Shown piece by piece: positions 10,397 through 19,955 of a stretch of DNA of 64,000 bases. The notes beneath the pieces were generated by a model that was not told the origin of the DNA, made no database searches, and saw only the letters and a program-made list of their open reading frames with translations. Position 1 is the stretch's first letter; the number at the start of each line of letters is the position of its first letter. A program made the position numbers and the translations under genes. This DNA comes from an uncultured delta proteobacterium (lineage in GTDB: Bacteria; Desulfobacterota; Binatia; UBA9968): contig CAVXEP010000034.1 in NCBI GenBank assembly GCA_963760795.1, forward strand, positions 47,557-111,556, read 5' to 3'.

Positions 10397-11374
10397 ATGT
10401 CTGACAAACCGACTCTATCGCTTGCCGCCGGTTACCATTTGCGCGCCAAGGCGCTGTGCGATGGCCGGGTCGGGCTCAAGAGCTTCGACCTGCGCGCCAT
10501 CGCTTACGAAAACGATGGCTTGGGCCACGACGAGTTCATGGCCGGCAAGTTCGACGCCGGCGAGTTCTCCCTGGCGATGTATCTGGCGCTCAAGAGCCGC
10601 GCCGCGCCGTATATGGCGATCCCGGTTTTCCCCAATCGCAAATTTCGCCAGTCCTATATTTTCGTGCCCGAGGGTTCGCCGCTGACCGAGGCGAAGCAGC
10701 TCAAGGGCAAGAAGGTTGGCATTCCCAGTTGGCTCAACACCGCCGGGCTTTGGGCGCGTGGTATCTTGAGCGACGAGTACGGCGTCAAGCCGGCGGATAT
10801 TCACTGGGTAATGCCGCGCAAAAACAAAGTTGATGTGACGTTGCCGGCGGGGACGCGGCTCGATGTTGTGGCCAGCGGCGAATCCTTGGCGGCGCGCATG
10901 CTCAAAGGCGAATTCGACGCGATCATCGTACCGGACTTTCCCGAGGAGCGAGGTTGGCGTCGTTTGCTCGCCGATTCCAAAGCCGTGGAACAGGATTTCT
11001 TTCGCCGTACGGCCATCTTTCCGACCAGCCATGCGATCACTTTTCACGCGGCCTATCTGGAGAAACACCCCGGCGCGGCGCAAGAAATGTTCGAGGCTTG
11101 TGTCGCGGCCAAGAATCTGGCGCTGCGCGACGACGCCGATGCGACCTATTCGAACTTCGTCTGGAATCGCCAGGTGTGGGAAGAGCAGCGCGCGGTAATG
11201 GGGGCCGATCCCTGGAAGTTTGGTATCAAGCATAACGAGAAGGTGTTGAGCACCATGGTCCGCTACGCCGGGGAACAAGGGTTGTTGGCGCAGTCGGTGA
11301 CGATCGATGATTTGTTTATTTCGTATCAACGAGGCCGATTGAAAGAAAAGGCATTGAGTACCTTCTCATCCTAA
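10397..11374 (+). CDS. 4,5-dihydroxyphthalate decarboxylase-like protein (PhnD/SsuA fold, no signal peptide); true end may be 11342 if a 1-nt indel near 11320
   Basis: FDAGEFSL, AIPVFPNRKFRQSYIFV, TAGLWARGILSDEYGV, IFPTSH, DPWKFG. Confidence 0.75.
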   Translation: MSDKPTLSLAAGYHLRAKALCDGRVGLKSFDLRAIAYENDGLGHDEFMAGKFDAGEFSLAMYLALKSRAAPYMAIPVFPNRKFRQSYIFVPEGSPLTEAKQLKGKKVGIPSWLNTAGLWARGILSDEYGVKPADIHWVMPRKNKVDVTLPAGTRLDVVASGESLAARMLKGEFDAIIVPDFPEERGWRRLLADSKAVEQDFFRRTAIFPTSHAITFHAAYLEKHPGAAQEMFEACVAAKNLALRDDADATYSNFVWNRQVWEEQRAVMGADPWKFGIKHNEKVLSTMVRYAGEQGLLAQSVTIDDLFISYQRGRLKEKALSTFSS

Positions 11375-11462
11375 CCTTCTCCCGCGAGGGGAGAAGGGAC
11401 AAGACGTCGGAATGGTCGGTTCAATGGCTAAAGTTTTTTCTAGAATTCAAACTGTAAATTTC

Positions 11463-12932
11463 ATGGCGATCACGACACATGAGCATGGCGGCCACGGCGA
11501 TCATGGGCATGATCATGAGGGCGCGGTGGGGCCGCATACCCATTTGACCAGCGTCGGCATCGATATCGGCTCGTCGACCTCGCACCTGATGTTCTCACAA
11601 TTGCTGATCGGTTACCCGTCGGTGTTGCAGCGCAAACCGTTGGTGCTGGAGCGCAAGGTGATCGCGCGCTCGCCGATCCTGCTGACGCCATTTTCCGGCG
11701 ACTGGAACATCGAGGCTGGACCGCTTAGAGAATTGATTGAGGAAACCTTTGCCGCGGCGGGACTCAGTCGGAACGATATCGATACCGGCGCGGTGATTAT
11801 CACCGGCGAGGCCGCGCGGCGTGATAATGCGGCGAAGATCGCCGAGTTGTTCGCCGATGAAACCGGTAAGTTCGTCTGCGCCACCGCGGGACCGGCGTTG
11901 GAAACCATCATGGCGGCCCATGGTTCGGGGGCGGTGCAGCAGAGCCGCGACCAGGGACTGACGCTGCTCAATATCGATGTCGGCGGCGGCACGACCAAGA
12001 TCAGCGTCATCGAGGCAGGGCGGATTCGCGGTACCACAGCGGTCAATATCGGCGCGCGCTTGGTGGCGCACAACGGTGCAGATGAAATCGTCCGCTTGGA
12101 GAAAGGCGGCAGGCGCTTTCTTGCTGACCTCGGTGAAAACCTCGACTACGGCGCGAGAGCACCTGTCGAACTGCGCGCGCGCTTGGCAAACCGGATGGCG
12201 CGAGCTTTGTTCGATGCAATCGCCAGCGGCGCGCAGCCTTGGGATGACTTTTACGTTACCGCGGGATTGGGCGTGCTGCCGAAGATCGATGGCATTCTCT
12301 TCTCCGGCGGTGTGTCCGAATATATCTATGCGCGTGAAAGCGCTTCCTTCGGCGATCTCGGGCCGTTTCTCGGGCGCGCGATTCGCGGCGAAGCGGAAGC
12401 CCGCGGGTTCGATATTCTCGACGCCGGTGAAGGCATCCGCGCCACGGTTATCGGCGCTTCGCAATACACGGTACAGTTGAGCGGCGAGACGATCTTCGTT
12501 CCTGACAGTCTCCATCTGCCGGTGCGTAACCTGCGCGTGTTTGTCGTGCATTGCGATTGGTCGACGCCGGTGACGGAGCGGATTGAAAAGGCGGTTGTGC
12601 AACTGCTCGGCGCGCGCGACCCGGAAGTGCGCGGCTCGCCTTTCGCTCTGGCATTTTCGACGCCGCCGTTCGTCGGCTACGGCGCGGCGCAAGATATGGC
12701 CAAGGGCATCGATGCGGCGTTGGCGCGCTTAGCCGCTGACGACCGTCCGGTCGCCTTGGTCTTCGGCCAAAACGTCGGCCAGGTGATCGGCGGCATGCTA
12801 TCGGCCAAATGGAACATGCCGTGCATCGACGAAGTGGCGCTGTCCGAGTTGGATTTCATCGATGTCGGCGCAGTGGTGCCGGAAGAGGGTTTCGTGCCGG
12901 TGGTGATCAAGAGTTTGGCGTTCGGTGTGTAA
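11463..12932 (+). CDS. eutA: EutA-like (ethanolamine ammonia-lyase reactivase family) ASKHA ATPase with His-rich N-terminus
   Basis: SVGIDIGSSTSHLMFS, IDTGAVIITGEAARRDNA, FVCATAGP.LE, NIDVGGGTT, FSGGV, IRATVIGASQ, VPVVIKSL. Confidence 0.85.
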   Translation: MAITTHEHGGHGDHGHDHEGAVGPHTHLTSVGIDIGSSTSHLMFSQLLIGYPSVLQRKPLVLERKVIARSPILLTPFSGDWNIEAGPLRELIEETFAAAGLSRNDIDTGAVIITGEAARRDNAAKIAELFADETGKFVCATAGPALETIMAAHGSGAVQQSRDQGLTLLNIDVGGGTTKISVIEAGRIRGTTAVNIGARLVAHNGADEIVRLEKGGRRFLADLGENLDYGARAPVELRARLANRMARALFDAIASGAQPWDDFYVTAGLGVLPKIDGILFSGGVSEYIYARESASFGDLGPFLGRAIRGEAEARGFDILDAGEGIRATVIGASQYTVQLSGETIFVPDSLHLPVRNLRVFVVHCDWSTPVTERIEKAVVQLLGARDPEVRGSPFALAFSTPPFVGYGAAQDMAKGIDAALARLAADDRPVALVFGQNVGQVIGGMLSAKWNMPCIDEVALSELDFIDVGAVVPEEGFVPVVIKSLAFGV

Positions 12933-13104
12933 GTTCGCTTGGACGAGCGGGTGTAATACTTGGCGCATAAGAGCCCATTGGAAGAGGTCAACCGCTTATT
13001 GGAGCGCAAACTTGCATGTGTTAAAAATTGACGGGGAGTTGTCGGACCCGGATCAACTGGCCGCAAAGTACGCAAAGGGCTCAACTAAGAATCGGGAGTC
13101 AAAA

Positions 13105-13821
13105 ATGTCCGCGGGAGCGAATGGCTTGGATAATTTGTGGCGGGAGCTGGTGCGGCTGTGCAACGAGCAGTTCCAGTCCCAGCCGTTCAAGCGTCTGCTG
13201 AATAGTAAGATTACCAAACTGCGGGCCCAGCATTACTCGATCCAGATGGCTTACTATGTGCAGAATCGGCGTGACTGCTGGGGCTATGTGCAGGGTTCGT
13301 CGCCCTTGCCGGTCAAACAAATCGTCTGGCGCCATGAAGAGGACGAGTTGGTCGGCCAGAAGGCCCAGGGCAAAGTGGATCACATCACCCTGGCAATCAA
13401 AGAAGGCGAAGTGTTCGGCCTGAACGCCGAGGCCTTCGAGAAGACCGCGCGCTTGGATGGCGGCGAAGTTTGTTTTAGCGCCTGGATTCAGTTGGCGCAG
13501 AAATCTTGGCTCGAAGCGATCGCGGCCTCGGCGATCCTGGAAATGCGCAATTCCGGCGAGCTTATCGAAGGCGGTTCGTTGTCGCGCCGCATCGCCGCGA
13601 TCTTTGAGCGCGATCTTGGCATACCGATGAAAAAACAAATCAACAATGCCGAGCATGTGGTGATGGACGTCGAGCATGCCCATCTGTTGATGCAGGTGGC
13701 CAAGCAGTACGCGACTACGCCGTCGGCGCAAGAGGCGATCCTGTGCGGCGCGCGTGAAAGCCTGATGATCGACCGCGTCTATCGCGGCCACTTGGCCGAC
13801 ATGTTGGATAGTCTGGACTAA
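13105..13821 (+). CDS. Heme-oxygenase-like (PqqC/CADD fold) putative dimetal enzyme, paralog 2
   Basis: NRRDCW; HEEDEL...DH; ILEMRN; EHVVMDVEH; GGGAG RBS before ATG 13105. Confidence 0.75.
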   Translation: MSAGANGLDNLWRELVRLCNEQFQSQPFKRLLNSKITKLRAQHYSIQMAYYVQNRRDCWGYVQGSSPLPVKQIVWRHEEDELVGQKAQGKVDHITLAIKEGEVFGLNAEAFEKTARLDGGEVCFSAWIQLAQKSWLEAIAASAILEMRNSGELIEGGSLSRRIAAIFERDLGIPMKKQINNAEHVVMDVEHAHLLMQVAKQYATTPSAQEAILCGARESLMIDRVYRGHLADMLDSLD

Positions 13822-13853
13822 CGATTCTGCAGCAGCATTCAGACGGAGGAACG

Positions 13854-14558
13854 ATGAATCTAGTGAAGGATCTTTGTGCCGAGCTCGACCAAATGGTCAA
13901 CGACCAGTTCGACAGTGTCGAGTTCAAGGCGTTACTCAACCTGCCGCTGACCATGGAGCGGGCGCGTTTTTACGTCGTCCAAAACGCTTTATACACAAGC
14001 AACCGGCGCGACTGCTGGGGCTACGTTCAAGGCGCTGCGCCTTTGGACGTGAAACGGGTGATTTGGGAGCATGAGAGCGATGAATTGATCAACGATCCGC
14101 GCGCCGGCATGGATCACTACAACCTGACCGTGAAGCAAGGCGAGGTCATCGGCCTCAAGCGCGAGGATTTTGACAACGCGCAGGTGCCGGCGATGGTGCA
14201 GGCGTGCTTTCATGCCTGGCATCATATCGCCATGCGCAGCCACTGGCTGACGGCGTATACCGCTTCGCATATGCTCGAGCGCCGCAACAACGGTAAGATC
14301 GTCAAAGGCGGCGGCATGTCGTTTCGCGTCGGCAAGAAGTTCGAGAATGAGTTGGGCATCAATCTCAAGCGCATGATCTCAATGGATGTCCATGTCGCTG
14401 CCGATATGGAGCACTCCGAAAATATTTCGGAAATGTTCGAGAAATATGCGAAGACGCCGGCGGATTGCGAACGCGTGCTCGAAGGCGCTCGCGAGTCGAT
14501 GGCCATCGACCGGGCTTACCGCGGCGCTCTGGGTTTTTACATGGAGCGGATCAATTAA
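13854..14558 (+). CDS. Heme-oxygenase-like (PqqC/CADD fold) putative dimetal enzyme, paralog 3
   Basis: NRRDCW; HESDEL...DH; MLERRN; VHVAADMEH; GGAGG RBS. Confidence 0.75.
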   Translation: MNLVKDLCAELDQMVNDQFDSVEFKALLNLPLTMERARFYVVQNALYTSNRRDCWGYVQGAAPLDVKRVIWEHESDELINDPRAGMDHYNLTVKQGEVIGLKREDFDNAQVPAMVQACFHAWHHIAMRSHWLTAYTASHMLERRNNGKIVKGGGMSFRVGKKFENELGINLKRMISMDVHVAADMEHSENISEMFEKYAKTPADCERVLEGARESMAIDRAYRGALGFYMERIN

Positions 14559-14592
14559 TTTTCGGTTGGCGGACTGTTAAGGAGAAGCAACG

Positions 14593-15685
14593 ATGAAGAA
14601 CCTAAATTTGAACGAAGCTTCGGCATATTCGGTGAAGAGTCCCTACGAGATTTATCAAGAGTGGGAAGGGATTCCGGTTCACAAGGGTTTCATCGTGCCG
14701 GATTTGTTAGCGTTGGAGTTGGGCGACTGGCAGCGTAGCGGCGGCAAGGCGGCATTCGTCAATCAAGACGGCGCCGGCGGCATGTGCGACACGGTGGTCG
14801 AAGAGATTGCTCGCCGGCGGACAACTTAAACCACAGCGTCATATGTACGAAAAGGCGGTTTTTATCCTCCAGGGCCAGGGAGCGACGACGATCTGGAATG
14901 AAGGCGGCAAGAAACATACCCTCGAATGGCAAAAGGGCAGTCTGTTCTCGACGCCGATCAACACCTGGCACCAGCATTTCAACGCCCAGGGGAGCGAGCC
15001 GGTGCGGCTGATTTCCCTGACCGATGCGCCGGTGGTGATCAATCGTTACCGCAATCTCGATTATATATTTAATAACAGCTTCACCTTTACCGATCGTTAC
15101 GAAGGCGGCGCCGATGCTTGGAGCGGCGCTGGCGGGCGCTATCTGGGGCCGGAGATCAAGCGCGGCCGGGTGTGGGAGTCGAACTTTATCTCCGATCTAT
15201 GGGCCTTCGAGCCCAAGGATTACAAAGAGCGCGGCGGCGACAATCGCACGACGCTGTTCGAGTTCGTCGATAACACCATGAGCGCTCATGTGTCGGAATT
15301 TCCCATCGGCAAATATAAAAAAGCCCATCGCCATGGCGCCGGCGCGCATATCGTTATGCTCACTGGCTCGGGTTATTCGTTCCTCTGGCCGGAAGGTGAG
15401 TATGGCGCCAAGCGGCGCGTCGAGTGGGGTAGAATGAGCATGTTCACGCCGCCGATGCAGTGGTGGCACCAGCACTTCAATGCCGGTGGCGAACCTGCGC
15501 GCTATCTGGCGCTCAAACCCTGGGGCTTCAAATTCAAAGTCGAAGAATTGAAGGATACCGGCGAGGACGTGAAAAACGGCGGCGCTCAGATCGAATACCA
15601 AGATCAGAATCCGGAGATCCATCAAGTGTTTCTCGCCGAGTGTAAAAAGTCCGGCGCCGAGCCCCGTATGCCGATGTTCGGCTAG
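14593..15685 (+). CDS. Bicupin protein, gentisate-1,2-dioxygenase-like (frameshift near 14812)
   Basis: QRHMYEKAVFILQGQG...WHQHFN and KAHRHGAGAH...WWHQHFN cupin motifs. Confidence 0.82.
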
Positions 15686-15768
15686 TGAATTTTCGGCGCG
15701 AGAAGTTAGCTAAGGGCAATCGAAGGATTCGTAAAGCGGCGCACGCTCTTGGCATTGGTGATATTTTC

Positions 15769-15797
15769 TCGACAAGTTCAAGCCTGTGTAGTAAAAT
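15769..15797 (+). promoter_or_regulatory. Candidate sigma70 promoter for the pilin gene
   Basis: TCGACA-17 nt-TAAAAT. Confidence 0.35.
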
Positions 15798-15825
15798 CCA
15801 GTGAAATTCGATTTAGTCGCCACTC

Positions 15826-16213
15826 ATGTTGAAGCATAAATCTCCCGCCCCATCGGCCTCGTGCCGGCAACGCCGGTTTCACTCTATTGGAACTGCTGGT
15901 TGTCATCGCCGTGTTGGGAATTTTAGCGGCCATCGCGATCCAGAATTTAGCCACTCATCGGGCGCGTGCCGTCGACGCTTCGATGCGCTCCGATCTGCGC
16001 AACGCGGCCTTGGCGATGGAGAGCTATTACGGTGAGTTTCTCGCCTATCCTACCACCAGTAATGCGCTTTTATTGATAGGTTATCGTAAGACCAATCTTG
16101 TCACGCTGACGATTGGTCTGACAACACCGTCGACTTACACATTGACGGCCGAACGTCCTGCCGGCAGCAAGCCAAGCTTCACCTTCGACAGCAGCACGGG
16201 ATTGATCAACTGA
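15826..16213 (+). CDS. Type IV pilin-like protein (frameshift in C-run near 15850)
   Basis: Removing one C gives MLKHKSPAHRPRAGNAG|FTLLELLVVIAVLGILAAIAI, a class III signal with Glu5. Confidence 0.85.
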
Positions 16214-16438
16214 TCGGCCCGACCCCTCGACTTCGAGGACTTTCTTCTCAGACCTTCTCATGGGCCGGCAGCCGGCAAGCGATAGTTTGCCGGCTGCGGT
16301 TGAAATGAATTTTTGTGACCGCACAGTTGCGGCGGCGTCACTGCTCCGCTCTTATTGATTGGCTTGATGCTTTTCGATCGAGAAATTCGCCTTAAGCCGC
16401 ACGGTCATCGCCGTGCTGTACGGTCGGTCTCGATGCCG

Positions 16439-17170
16439 TTACTTTGGCGTGCGCAGGAAATAGGTTTGTCCGGTAATATATTTTGCCGGGTCGGATAGCA
16501 GGTAGCGCACCAGACCGACAATCTCGAACTTATGCGTCAGGCCGTCTAGCAGCGGCGGAATCTCTTCGCGTTTCTTGAATTGATCGTCGGTGAAGCCGAT
16601 GCGCGACATCGGTGTGTCCGTGGCGCCGGGGCAAACGCAGTTGACCGTGATGTTGTTGGGCGCCAACTCGACGGCGAGGGATTTGGTGAAGGCAATTACA
16701 CCGGCCTTGGATGCGGCGTAATGAGCCGAGCGCGGCTGGCCGGCGACGCCGCGGCCCGAGGCGATACTGAGTATGCGTCCTTGGTTGCGCGGAATCATGT
16801 GCCTGGCGGCCGCTTGGGCGCACAGAAACACGCCCTTCAAGTTAATCCGCATCAGCCGGTCCCACATCTCTTCCGGCATGTCGACGATCGCCACCCGATC
16901 CATGACCCCGGCGCCGCAAAAGATATGATCGACCTGGCCGAATTTCGCGACCGCTTGTTCCATCATCGATGCAACGCTCTTGGGATCGCCGACATCGACC
17001 TGTACGGCGATGGCGCTGCCTTTGGCATCGCGAATCTCAGCGGCGACTTTCTCCGCCCCGTCTTTGGCGTAGTCCGCGACGACGACGTTTAGTCCATCGG
17101 CTGCCAGGCCGCGGGAAATTTCCGAACAGATTCCGCCGGCGCCGCCGGTGACCAGGATTGTTTTTGCCAT
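16439..17170 (-). CDS. Short-chain dehydrogenase/reductase (FabG-like)
   Basis: TGGAGGIC, INLKG, YAASK, PGATDT. Confidence 0.9.
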   Translation of the reverse strand: MAKTILVTGGAGGICSEISRGLAADGLNVVVADYAKDGAEKVAAEIRDAKGSAIAVQVDVGDPKSVASMMEQAVAKFGQVDHIFCGAGVMDRVAIVDMPEEMWDRLMRINLKGVFLCAQAAARHMIPRNQGRILSIASGRGVAGQPRSAHYAASKAGVIAFTKSLAVELAPNNITVNCVCPGATDTPMSRIGFTDDQFKKREEIPPLLDGLTHKFEIVGLVRYLLSDPAKYITGQTYFLRTPK

Positions 17171-17242
17171 GACTCGTCTCCCTCTTGTCTTATGGATAAG
17201 TTTGGCGAAGCTATCACCGCGGTTTCCCGGCGTCAACTTTTC

Positions 17243-18586
17243 TCAGTGGCTGCGCTGCCAGGCGGTACTGATGAAGCGGCCGATATTGGTCGCGGCGCGC
17301 CAGATCATGAGTGTGACGATGGCGAGCAAGATTCCCAGTAAGCCCCAGCCAAATTGCCGCGCCGACCAGGTGAGCGGAATCATGATCGCGGCACCGGCGA
17401 CCATGGCCCACATGAGATAGCGGGTGTCGCGGGCGCCAATCAGTAGCCCGTCGAGGACAAAGACGATGCCGTTGAGCGGTTGGATCAGACAAACCAAGAT
17501 CGTCGCGCCAGGTGTCAGCAGCGCCAGGACTTCGACGCTGGTGGTAAAAAACTTGACGATAGTCGCCCACGCGAGGGCGAAGCTCACTGCGAACAGCAGA
17601 CCGGCGGTCACGCCGCAAAGCGTCAGGCTCACGCCCATGCGGTAGGCGCGCGCCCTTTCTCCCGAGCCCAAGTATTTGGCGACTAGGGCTTGGCCAGCGA
17701 TGGCCAGGCCGTCGACGACATCGGAACAAAGCATAAAGAGCTGAAAGACAATTTCATAGGCCGAAAGAGTCGCCGCGCCCATGCGTGCGGCAGTGCTGGT
17801 GGCGAAGATTAGCGAGAGTCGCAATGCGCCGGTGCGGATGGCGAGCTCTTGACCGATGCGGAACAGCGGGCGCAGGCCAGCGATGGTGATGCGCCACGGT
17901 ATCGCGCGGTAGGCGGCGGTCTGGGGTGAGTATAAGAATAGTCCGAAGTAAGCCATCGCGCCGATGAGTTGCGCACACCAGGCGGCCACCGCGGCTCCGG
18001 TCAGGCCCAGGGCCGGCAGGCCCAATCGTCCGTAGATCAGCCCGTAGTCGAGTATGAGTTGCATGGTGGCGATAGCCAACGCCATCACCATTGGCACTCG
18101 GGTGTTCTGAGTGCCGCGAAAGAAACCAACCGCGCAATATATGCTTAAGGTGAACGGTGCACTTGAGATGTAAATGCGAAAATAACTTGCGCCATGCGCG
18201 GCCACGCCAGCCTCCGCGCCCATAATCTGATAGAGCGGCTCGGCAAACATGGCCCCGCCGCATGCTATCAATAGGCCGCCGGCGAGCGCGAGAAACAGCG
18301 AGTGAATATAAGTATCGCCGCAGGCCCTGCAATTCCTGGCGCCGTAATGATGGCCGATGAGACTGGTGGTGCCGAAGGTGAGGAAAGCGAAGATCCAATA
18401 CACCGTCCCTACAATCGCTGCGCCTACCGCACGGGCGGCCAACGCCTCGGCACTCAATCTGCCGATCATGGCGGTCTCGCCAATATTCAACAGTGGCTGG
18501 CCTGCTTGAGCAAGCATCGCCGGAATGCCGAGGGCGAGGATATCGCGCAGGTCGGAGCGGTATGATGTTTGTGACGAATCAGTCAA
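17243..18586 (-). CDS. MATE family efflux transporter (DinF-like)
   Basis: About 12 TM; GFFRGTQNTRVPM; GLPALGLTGAAVA; LDGLLIGARDT. Confidence 0.9.
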   Translation of the reverse strand: MTDSSQTSYRSDLRDILALGIPAMLAQAGQPLLNIGETAMIGRLSAEALAARAVGAAIVGTVYWIFAFLTFGTTSLIGHHYGARNCRACGDTYIHSLFLALAGGLLIACGGAMFAEPLYQIMGAEAGVAAHGASYFRIYISSAPFTLSIYCAVGFFRGTQNTRVPMVMALAIATMQLILDYGLIYGRLGLPALGLTGAAVAAWCAQLIGAMAYFGLFLYSPQTAAYRAIPWRITIAGLRPLFRIGQELAIRTGALRLSLIFATSTAARMGAATLSAYEIVFQLFMLCSDVVDGLAIAGQALVAKYLGSGERARAYRMGVSLTLCGVTAGLLFAVSFALAWATIVKFFTTSVEVLALLTPGATILVCLIQPLNGIVFVLDGLLIGARDTRYLMWAMVAGAAIMIPLTWSARQFGWGLLGILLAIVTLMIWRAATNIGRFISTAWQRSH

Positions 18587-18643
18587 GGTCGTTTCGGTAC
18601 GTCAGGGCAGGTCGCGTCGTTGACTCAGTGGCAAATTCAATCT

Positions 18644-18713
18644 CACCACGAAGTGGACGAAGGACACGAAGGGTTCGAAAAACTTGATCTTCGAAGTTGG
18701 TGTGCTTCGTGGT
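18644..18713. repeat. Intergenic palindromic repeat, CACCACGAAG...CTTCGTGGT family
   Basis: Iterated ACGAAG units with an inverted arm; other copies at 19732-19805 and 53480-53555. Confidence 0.75.
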
Positions 18714-18770
18714 CAAGTCCCTTCCTTCTTTAGTGGCGGCGCTGCTGCTCGAATTTCGCAGTGCGCCACA

Positions 18771-19679
18771 TCAGTTGAATCGCGTTGCGTCGGTCGGCCC
18801 GAGGGACCATTCGACGGTATCGGGATGAATGATGCGCGCCAGAATTTCGAGACCGTTGACTAGCCTCGGGCCGGGGCGGCTGAAGTAGGCGTTGCCGTTG
18901 AGGGCGAAGACGTTTTGGTTGCGCACGGCGGGCAGCTCGTTCCAGCCCGGCAGGGCGCGTAGCGGTGTCGACTCTTTCACTGTGCGCCTCACGTCGAAAC
19001 CGCAGGGCATGAGCAACATCACATCCGGCTGTGCATCGACAACCTGGCGCCAGTCGATTTTTGCCGAAGGCTCACCGGCACGGCCGATGACATCGTGACC
19101 GCCGGCGAGGGCGACCATCTCGGGCACCCAGTGACCGGCGCTGTAGAGCGGCTCGAACCACTCCAAACAAACCACCCGCGGGCGGCGGCCCGGTTCGCGG
19201 CGACCGACCAGCTCGATGCGTTGGCGCAGATCGTCGACCAGGGCCATGGCGGCGCTGTTCCGTCCGGTGGCCGCGCCGACGCGGCGAATATCGTCGAGGA
19301 TTTCCTGCATGCTATGGGGGTTCAAAGAAACGATCGCAGGCGGGCGTGACAATTTGCCGGCGGCTTTGACGACTTCGTCGTAGTCCAAGGCGCAGACCTC
19401 GCACAGACCTTGGGTGAGGATGACATCCGGCGCAGCATCGGCGAACGCCGCATCATCGATGAAGTACAGCCCTTTGCCAGTTTGTAACAACTCGGCGACT
19501 TTGCGGTCGATCTCAGCACCGCTCATGCGTTTGTGGTCGAACAGGCTTTTGACCACGATGGGTTTGTCCTGCGCCTCTGCGGGGTGATCGCACTCATGGG
19601 TGACGCCGACAATTTGATCGCCAAGACCTAGAGCAAAAGCAATTTCAGTCGCGCCCGGCAGCAGGGAGCAGATACGCAT
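18771..19679 (-). CDS. BtuF-like cobalamin/iron-siderophore binding protein (no signal peptide)
   Basis: RICSLLPGATEI, VGVTHECD, TQGLCEVC, GHWVPEMV, MPCGF, FSRPGPRL. Confidence 0.85.
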   Translation of the reverse strand: MRICSLLPGATEIAFALGLGDQIVGVTHECDHPAEAQDKPIVVKSLFDHKRMSGAEIDRKVAELLQTGKGLYFIDDAAFADAAPDVILTQGLCEVCALDYDEVVKAAGKLSRPPAIVSLNPHSMQEILDDIRRVGAATGRNSAAMALVDDLRQRIELVGRREPGRRPRVVCLEWFEPLYSAGHWVPEMVALAGGHDVIGRAGEPSAKIDWRQVVDAQPDVMLLMPCGFDVRRTVKESTPLRALPGWNELPAVRNQNVFALNGNAYFSRPGPRLVNGLEILARIIHPDTVEWSLGPTDATRFN

Positions 19680-19731
19680 GGTCGATGCATAGCGTATGCG
19701 CGGCGGTGCCGCAACCAAGTGGCAAAGAGTT

Positions 19732-19805
19732 TTCACTACGAAGGACACGAAGAGCACGAAGTTCAAAACCTAAATTATCCGTACCTTCGTGTCGTCCGTG
19801 GTGAA
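19732..19805. repeat. Intergenic palindromic repeat, CACGAAG family
   Basis: TTCACTACGAAGGACACGAAGAGCACGAAG...CTTCGTGTCGTCCGTGGTGAA. Confidence 0.75.
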
Positions 19806-19955
19806 ATGGATTTTTCTCGTTGAGGCGACTACTTAGGACAACGGGTCAAGTGAATTTGCGCAAGCTACGCAAGCGTTGAACTTTAGCAATACAAAGGTCG
19901 CAAAAAGGTATCGGAACTGTGGGGAAGATCAACCCGAAACTCGAAACGAAACCAA

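Noticed and set aside
12933-13104. N-terminal extension of ORF 12925-13821
   Set aside because: Overlaps the eutA end and a repeat half-copy; the RBS and paralog alignment support ATG 13105.
7604-14558. PQQ biosynthesis or thiaminase II (TenA) assignment for the HO-like genes
   Set aside because: No pqqA/B/D/E or thi genes are present, and the CADD-like metal-ligand pattern is retained.
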